From an uncultured Candidatus Peribacteria bacterium (GTDB lineage: Bacteria > Patescibacteriota > Gracilibacteria > Peribacterales > Peribacteraceae), in NCBI GenBank assembly GCA_964439155.1, contig CAYTNJ010000001.1:1-38543 (forward strand): a stretch of DNA of 38,543 bases, read 5' to 3'. The notes beneath the pieces are model-generated. The model worked only from the letters and a program-made list of their open reading frames with translations. It had not been told where the DNA came from and did not search any database. Each line of letters begins with the position of its first letter. Within the stretch, counting starts at the first letter, position 1. Of this stretch, positions 34,158 to 38,543 are shown piece by piece. A program made the translations under genes and the position numbers.

Positions 34158-35228
34158 CTAGGCAACCGTCACCGCCTCACACAAATACACATCCTGAATC
34201 GCGTGCAGCAACTTCACCCCTTCTTCCCGCGATTTCTGGAAGGCTTTGCGTCCGGCGATGAGCCCGCTGCCGCCCGCGCGTTTGTTGATGACGGCCGCGC
34301 GCACCGCGTCCTCCAAGTCGTTCTTGCCCGAGGCGCCGCCGGAGCTGATCAGGCCGATGCGTCCCATGTAGCAGTTGGCCACTTGATAGCGCGCCAGGTC
34401 GATCGGATGCATGCTCGAGAGTTTCGTGTAAATGCGCTCGTCGGTTTTGCCGTATTGGGAGCCTTTGATATTGAGTGCGGTGAAGCCGCCATTAGTCTCG
34501 GGCAGTTTCTGCTTGATGATGTCCGCCTGGATCGTCACGCCAAGGTGATTCGCCTGTCCCGTCAGGTCCGCGGCGGCATGATAATCCTTGCCCCCCTTCT
34601 TGAAGCCGGGATTGCGCAGGTAGCACCACAGCACGGTGAACAGTCCCAGCCTGTGGGCCTCCGCGAAGGCCGCACTAACTTCCTGTATCTGCCGCGTCGA
34701 TTCGGGTGAGCCGAAATAAATCGTGGCGCCAACTCCGAGCGCTCCCATGTCTTTCGCTTGGCGCACGGAGCCGAAGAAAATTTGATCGAACTTGTTCGGG
34801 TACGTCAGTAATTCGTTGTGATTCAACTTCACGATGAACGGGATTTTGTGCGCATATTTCCGCGACACCATGCCAAGCACTCCCACCGTCGAAGCAACCG
34901 CGTTGCAGCCGCCTTCCATCGCCAACTTCACGATGTTCTCGGGATCAAAGTATGCGATATTCGGCGCGAACGATGCGCCTGCCGAGTGCTCGATGCCCTG
35001 GTCCACGGGACGGATGGAAAGATATCCCGTGCCGCCCAGCCTCCCGTGCCCGTACAGCGTCTTCAAATGCCTCTGCACGGCGTAAGACCTGTCGGAGTCG
35101 GCGAACAGCGTGGCGGCCGCCTTGGGGCCCGGCACGTGCAGCTGCTGCTTGGGGATCGTCTTGCACGCATGCGAAAGCAGGCTCGCCCCTTTCGGTCCGA
35201 GCAGGCGTTTGATATCGGCGTAGGTCAT
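34158..35228 (-). CDS. fbaB: Class I fructose-bisphosphate aldolase, DhnA/FbaB type
   Basis: The track start at 35255 is TTG. ATG 35228 gives [11 protein letters not shown]. End-to-end resemblance to E. coli FbaB as I recall it: [86 protein letters not shown]. Confidence 0.92.
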   Translation of the reverse strand: MTYADIKRLLGPKGASLLSHACKTIPKQQLHVPGPKAAATLFADSDRSYAVQRHLKTLYGHGRLGGTGYLSIRPVDQGIEHSAGASFAPNIAYFDPENIVKLAMEGGCNAVASTVGVLGMVSRKYAHKIPFIVKLNHNELLTYPNKFDQIFFGSVRQAKDMGALGVGATIYFGSPESTRQIQEVSAAFAEAHRLGLFTVLWCYLRNPGFKKGGKDYHAAADLTGQANHLGVTIQADIIKQKLPETNGGFTALNIKGSQYGKTDERIYTKLSSMHPIDLARYQVANCYMGRIGLISSGGASGKNDLEDAVRAAVINKRAGGSGLIAGRKAFQKSREEGVKLLHAIQDVYLCEAVTVA

Positions 35229-35353
35229 GAAGCGAGGGGAAGGGGCGGGTCTCAACCTAGCAAAACGCCCAGCCTCTGACCAGTTTTAGCGCTTGTCACG
35301 ATGCGCTCGTCCCGTAGTGAGCTCGTCGAACTATCGAACTGCATGACGAATGA

Positions 35354-35422
35354 GCCCGATCCCCCTTCTCCGATAGTGCGTGTAAACGTGGGCACGGCAG
35401 GAGAGAAGCGTGGGGATCGGGC
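35354..35422. other. Long imperfect hairpin (candidate structured RNA element)
   Basis: Perfect 11-bp outer stem GCCCGATCCCC (35354-35364) / GGGGATCGGGC (35412-35422). Inner CTTCTCC / GGAGAGAAG pairing with a bulge. Apical GCGT-GTAA-ACGT, which is a GNRA loop only on the + strand. Confidence 0.5.
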
Positions 35423-35492
35423 GGCTAAATAGGAAAAAAGGTGTGACCTCGAACAACGTCGGAGTTGCTCGAAGCGGTCTGGTGCAAAAGTG

Positions 35493-35540
35493 CCGCCGGC
35501 GGATTTACGCCCGCCGGCGGAGATGGATCACCTCCCTTCT
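35493..35540. other. GC hairpin plus 16S rRNA 3'-tail look-alike (on + strand); equivalently a 15-nt super-SD (on - strand)
   Basis: CCGCCGGCGG-ATTTACGC-CCGCCGGCGG (35493-35520), then AGAT, then GGATCACCTCCCTTCT (35525-35540). The widespread 16S 3' end is GGATCACCTCCTTTCT, so 15/16 match. Confidence 0.6.
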
Positions 35541-35697
35541 ATCCTAAGGAGTCATAACTATGGAAAAACATTTGCATGTATGGACCTCCTTCGAAAACAA
35601 AGGATTGTGATAGTCCTGGCAACATCTTCGATGCTGCAGCAGGCCGCTTGGAGCAATAAATCAAAGAGCGGGAAATAGATCTGCGATGTCTAAAGTG

Positions 35698-35729
35698 TTC
35701 CAGCTGGCGCGCGTTCGCGCCAGCTGGAA
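35698..35729 (-). terminator. Strong hairpin 17 nt downstream of the 67-aa ORF
   Basis: TTCCAGCTGGCGCG-CGTT-CGCGCCAGCTGGAA (14 bp). No clear U-run on either strand. Confidence 0.5.
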
Positions 35730-35745
35730 TGAGAGTCCTGAGATG

Positions 35746-35949
35746 CTACTCGTCTTCGTCGCAGTCGTAATTGACGCTGATGAGTGGCTTTGCGGTGGGT
35801 TGGAGCTCTTGATCCTCTGCCCTGGGATCAAAATATCCTCCTTGAATCACTTGTTTCAGCTTACTCTTTCCGGCACGCCGATCAGACCGGGTTTCCTGTC
35901 TCTTGAGCCGGCTGACGCGCTCGCGCTTGTTAGAGTTGAGCTTGGACAT
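35746..35949 (-). CDS. 67-aa small protein, basic N-half and acidic C-tail, unknown function
   Basis: GGAGGG-7nt-ATG at 35949. MSKLNSNKRERVSRLKRQETRSDRRAGKSKLKQVIQGGYFDPRAEDQELQPTAKPLISVNYDCDEDE. GC3 about 42/67 by hand count. Hairpin downstream. Confidence 0.5.
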   Translation of the reverse strand: MSKLNSNKRERVSRLKRQETRSDRRAGKSKLKQVIQGGYFDPRAEDQELQPTAKPLISVNYDCDEDE

Positions 35950-36108
35950 GAAATTTCCCTCCGTGCTAACGGACAATCCTGACGTCTTTTCTCCCTGCAC
36001 ATACAGGAACAACGCAGGTCCATTTCTCCTGAGCGATGCTGTGAAAAAACAACGGAAAACGATCTGCTTTCGAAAGGAAGAATGGTAGCTTCCAAATTCT
36101 TAAGGGAC

Positions 36109-36169
36109 GGACGCCGAGACTCTTCGTGAATCTCGGCGTCCTCTATGGTCAACCCCTCGTCATGAGGGG
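36109..36169 (-). terminator. Two hairpins downstream of the 42-aa ORF
   Basis: GGACGCCGAGA-11nt-TCTCGGCGTCC (36109-36141) and CCCCTC-GTCAT-GAGGGG (36153-36169). Confidence 0.4.
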
Positions 36170-36185
36170 TGCTAAAAGGAAGGCA

Positions 36186-36314
36186 TTAGACATGCGCTCG
36201 GCGGTGAATCTTGCGCGGGTTCCAGGTGGTTATCTTCATCCGAAGCGGCAGTGCGACGTTGCTCAAAATGTGCGTCGGGAAGGAAGAGACGTGGTACGGG
36301 AAGTGCCGATACAT
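36186..36314 (-). CDS. 42-aa His/Pro/Arg-rich micro-protein, unknown function
   Basis: AAGGAG-6nt-ATG at 36314. MYRHFPYHVSSFPTHILSNVALPLRMKITTWNPRKIHRRAHV. GC3 is 33/42 by hand count, against 37/71 for the overlapping + strand ORF. Confidence 0.4.
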   Translation of the reverse strand: MYRHFPYHVSSFPTHILSNVALPLRMKITTWNPRKIHRRAHV

Positions 36315-36460
36315 GTTTTGCTCCTTCTTACGATGGGGCTGACCGACTACCGTCGCTATCGTAACCAACGTGGTTACGGACGAAGGCAGGTCGTTTTCTG
36401 CGTGCCATGAACGTAAGCGTGGTTCATGGAGGCTGTGCTGTGAAGGTCCGAAAGAAGCAA

Positions 36461-36490
36461 AAAGGCCCCGATCTTGCGAGAGGGGCCTTT
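36461..36490 (-). terminator. Rho-independent terminator reading on the minus strand
   Basis: AAAGGCCCC-12nt-GGGGCCTTT. On the minus strand it is followed by TTTTTGCTTCTTT. Confidence 0.6.
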
Positions 36491-36691
36491 AGAGTTCGAG
36501 TTTCTGCGTTACATCACTCTTGCCCCTTTGTAAGGTGCTTCGTAAGGCGGGCCGAAATGACAAACGACAGGTGCATTGCGGCCAGGGTATCATCGGTTTT
36601 CTCACTGTCAACAGCGAAATTTCGATGCGATGGAGCTAAAAGAAAAGACGACTGTGGGCGACCGAACGGCTCTTCGCTATGCTCTTTGACG

Positions 36692-38179
36692 ATGCCGCTG
36701 AAGCTCTATAACTCCTTGGCCAAGCAGGAAGAAGAGTTCCGCCCCTTAAACAGGAGCGTCGTGAGCATGTATACCTGCGGCCCCACCGTGTACGGCCGCC
36801 CGCATATCGCCAACTATTCGGCGTTCCTCATGGCCGATCTTTTGCGAAGGTGGTTGCAGTTTGGGCACGGGCTAAAGGTGATCCACGCCAAGAACATCAC
36901 CGACGTGGGGCACTTGGTGCGCGACGCCGATACGGGGGAGGACAAAATCGAGAAGCAGGCGCGCGAAGAATTCGGCGAAGTCACCCATGATTCCGTCATC
37001 GGCATCGCGCGCAAATACGAGGCGATGTACCTGGAAGATGAGAAGGTATTAAACATGCTCGAGCCCGACTTCCGCCCGCGGGCCACCGAGTACATCGACC
37101 AGATGAAAGAGATGATCGAAAGTCTTCTCCAAAACGGTCACGCATACGTCACCGACGACGGCATCTATTTCGACGTCACTTCTCCCACGCTCACGCCCTA
37201 CGGAACACTCTCCGGAAACACGCTCGAAAACCTCGCCGCCGGCTCGCGCGTGGAGGTGAACGAGGCAAAGAAACACCCCGCCGATTTCGCCCTCTGGAAA
37301 TTCTGCGTCGGCCCCAATGAACACCATGCTCTAAGGTGGCCTTCCCCTCAGGTCGGCGGGAGCGGGTTTCCTAACCCGCGGCTCTTGGATCCCCTACCCG
37401 ACGGCTTCCCCGGTTGGCACATCGAATGCTCCGCGATGAGCAGGTCGCTACTCGGGGACTCCATCGACATTCACACCGGCGGCGAGGACAACATTTTCCC
37501 GCATCACGAATGCGAAATCGCGCAGAGCGAATCGGTCACCGGAAAGCCGTTCGTGCGAACGTGGCTGCACAAGAGGCGCATCGATCTCGCCGGTGAAAAG
37601 ATGTCAAAGAGTCTTGGCAACGTGTTAACTATTATTGACATTTCGGAGAAGGGCTATTCCCCCCTCGATTTGCGCTACTACTTCAGCTCCGTGCACTATC
37701 GCACCAACTTAAAATTCAGTTGGGAGGGTTTGGAGGCCGCACGCAAGGCGAGGCGCACGATCATGGAGTGGATGGAGGAAATTTCCGCCATGCAGGCCGC
37801 TGCCGAAGGGAAGCAAACGGAGGTCAACGCCGCGCACGAATGGAAGCAGATGTTCGCTTCGGCGATGGACGCCGATCTCAACGTTTCCCAAGCTCTCGCA
37901 GCCGTCTTCGGATGCGCCTCTTGGTCGCGCGTCGCGCCGTTGAATGACGAAGCACTTTCCGTCGTGCGCGAGTTCATCACGCTGATACGGCACACGTTCG
38001 GTTGCTTCACATTCGAGACGAAAAATATTCCGGAAAACGTACAACGATTGGTTGATGAAAGAGCTGCCGCCCGCGCCGGAAAAAATTTCGCGGAGTCCGA
38101 CAGATTGCGTGACGCGATCGACGCCCTCGGCTACGAAGTGCGCGACGGAAAAGAAGGACAAATCGTGAAGAAAAAATGA
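36692..38179 (+). CDS. cysS: Cysteine--tRNA ligase
   Basis: ATG 36692 gives MPLKLYNSLAKQEEEFRP, CGPTVYGRPHIANY (HIGH-region variant), WHIECSAM, FPHHECEIAQ, KMSKSLGN. The 95 codons from 36407 in the track ORF are hairpin-rich non-coding leader. Confidence 0.92.
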   Translation: MPLKLYNSLAKQEEEFRPLNRSVVSMYTCGPTVYGRPHIANYSAFLMADLLRRWLQFGHGLKVIHAKNITDVGHLVRDADTGEDKIEKQAREEFGEVTHDSVIGIARKYEAMYLEDEKVLNMLEPDFRPRATEYIDQMKEMIESLLQNGHAYVTDDGIYFDVTSPTLTPYGTLSGNTLENLAAGSRVEVNEAKKHPADFALWKFCVGPNEHHALRWPSPQVGGSGFPNPRLLDPLPDGFPGWHIECSAMSRSLLGDSIDIHTGGEDNIFPHHECEIAQSESVTGKPFVRTWLHKRRIDLAGEKMSKSLGNVLTIIDISEKGYSPLDLRYYFSSVHYRTNLKFSWEGLEAARKARRTIMEWMEEISAMQAAAEGKQTEVNAAHEWKQMFASAMDADLNVSQALAAVFGCASWSRVAPLNDEALSVVREFITLIRHTFGCFTFETKNIPENVQRLVDERAAARAGKNFAESDRLRDAIDALGYEVRDGKEGQIVKKK

Positions 38180-38246
38180 CCCGGCTACGTCCGCTCAGGC
38201 GGACTACGCCGCGGTCACCTCGGCGTAATCGACAGATGAAGCCGGG
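38180..38246 (+). other. Branched stem-loop element immediately after the cysS stop
   Basis: Outer CCCGGCT / AGCCGGG encloses GTCCGC-TCAG-GCGGAC (38189-38204) and TACGCCG-9nt-CGGCGTA (38205-38227). Confidence 0.35.
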
Positions 38247-38543
38247 TAGCCCAACAAAACCACCCCATTTGCAGCCCTTTTGAGCGTTTTTTTCGATCTT
38301 TCCGCTATATCCACTCATCCCAAAATCCAAACGCGTCCTGGCGCATTTATTGAAGGTTTCTTAGTCGGCGAAAAGAATGCGGAGAACTATGGTGGGGGAA
38401 TGCGCGAGGCAGGGGAGTGGTGACAGCGTTATTATTACGTAAAATAAAAAATATAAAGAATTGCTTATATGTATTGCATGTTCTGTATTTTAAAAATAAT
38501 CGTATGCGCATCTTCTGAAATACCTCGTGATTCACGTACTAAC

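Noticed and set aside
35254-35524. ~89-codon open frame on the minus strand directly after the super-SD (would need an ATC start)
   Set aside because: No ATG/GTG/TTG at a usable distance. The product is R/S/G-rich and non-protein-like, and third-position GC is only ~57% by hand count. The stretch is better explained by the hairpins it contains.
35493-35540. A genuine 16S rRNA 3' end or rRNA gene fragment
   Set aside because: Only the last ~16 nt plus a generic hairpin resemble 16S. The sequence upstream is spacer and then fbaB, with no helix 44/45 sequence similarity, so I report it as a mimic rather than an rRNA feature.
36126-36410. 94-aa plus-strand ORF (internal ATG 36192 preceded by AAGGAAGG)
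   Set aside because: It is antisense to the 42-codon minus ORF, which has a better SD and much higher third-position GC (33/42 vs 37/71). I keep it as an alternative only.
36407-36691. N-terminal 95-codon extension of cysS in the ORF track
   Set aside because: The conserved CysRS N-terminus begins at ATG 36692. The extension is Arg/Cys-rich and contains a strong terminator hairpin.
36420-36691. T-box leader for cysS
   Set aside because: I could not find the conserved T-box sequence (AGGGUGGUACCGCG-like) or a specifier-loop/antiterminator arrangement on the plus strand.
38180-38246. tRNA or tRNA-like gene after cysS
   Set aside because: It has an acceptor-like outer stem and two hairpins, but no T-arm (no GTTCGA-type loop), and the loop and stem sizes are wrong.

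Overview
38.5-kb, visibly GC-rich, densely coding bacterial chromosome segment with a few AT-richer islands. I saw no rRNA gene, CRISPR array, transposase, integrase or reverse transcriptase.

Content, left to right:
(i) 1-13.05 kb: an envelope-glycosylation-type supercluster. It holds a signal-peptide NHL-repeat protein, a 1451-aa fusion of two polytopic GT-C-like modules plus TPRs, a GT2 polyprenol-phosphate glycosyltransferase and an SDR. A split transketolase plus a Zn-ribbon SAM methyltransferase run divergently. A 644-aa GT-C/TPR paralog and a 311-aa secreted protein close the cluster.
(ii) tRNA-Trp(CCA), then an auto-inhibited (class II) Fic gene whose AT-rich upstream region carries two 40-bp palindromic repeats.
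(iii) 14.5-22.5 kb: housekeeping and cell-wall block (coiled-coil M23 peptidase, dGTPase-like HD hydrolase, PgeF/YfiH, NAD(P)HX dehydratase, GT4, FtsQ-like protein, S11 DD-carboxypeptidase, LysM-M23 peptidase).
(iv) tRNA-Asp(GTC), then 22.8-27.1 kb of orphan genes (GT-B-like, lipoprotein, coiled-coil protein, DUF5667-like).
(v) gatC-gatA, followed by a translationally coupled, divergent DUF62-like ORF where gatB often sits.
(vi) A low-GC two-gene insert, rnpA-yidC, a membrane-anchored LamG/DUF1080-like protein, and class I aldolase fbaB.
(vii) 35.26-36.69 kb: a 1.46-kb low-GC, hairpin-dense, ORF-poor region. It contains nearly all canonical Shine-Dalgarno sites of the window (in front of micro-ORFs) and a 15/16 look-alike of the 16S rRNA 3' tail.
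(viii) cysS.

Best candidates for something undescribed: the 35.26-36.69 kb RNA/micro-ORF region, the TPR-tailed GT-C supercluster, the AGCT-octamer inverted repeat plus long leader upstream of dgt, and the DUF62-like ORF coupled to gatCA.

Most genes lack an SD, and several have -10 boxes abutting the start codon (leaderless style). Gene content is compatible with a small-genome lineage such as CPR/Patescibacteria, but that is only an inference. All functional calls rest on motif recognition by eye; no database search or folding program was available. Many long ORFs in the track are antisense or off-frame shadows typical of high-GC DNA.
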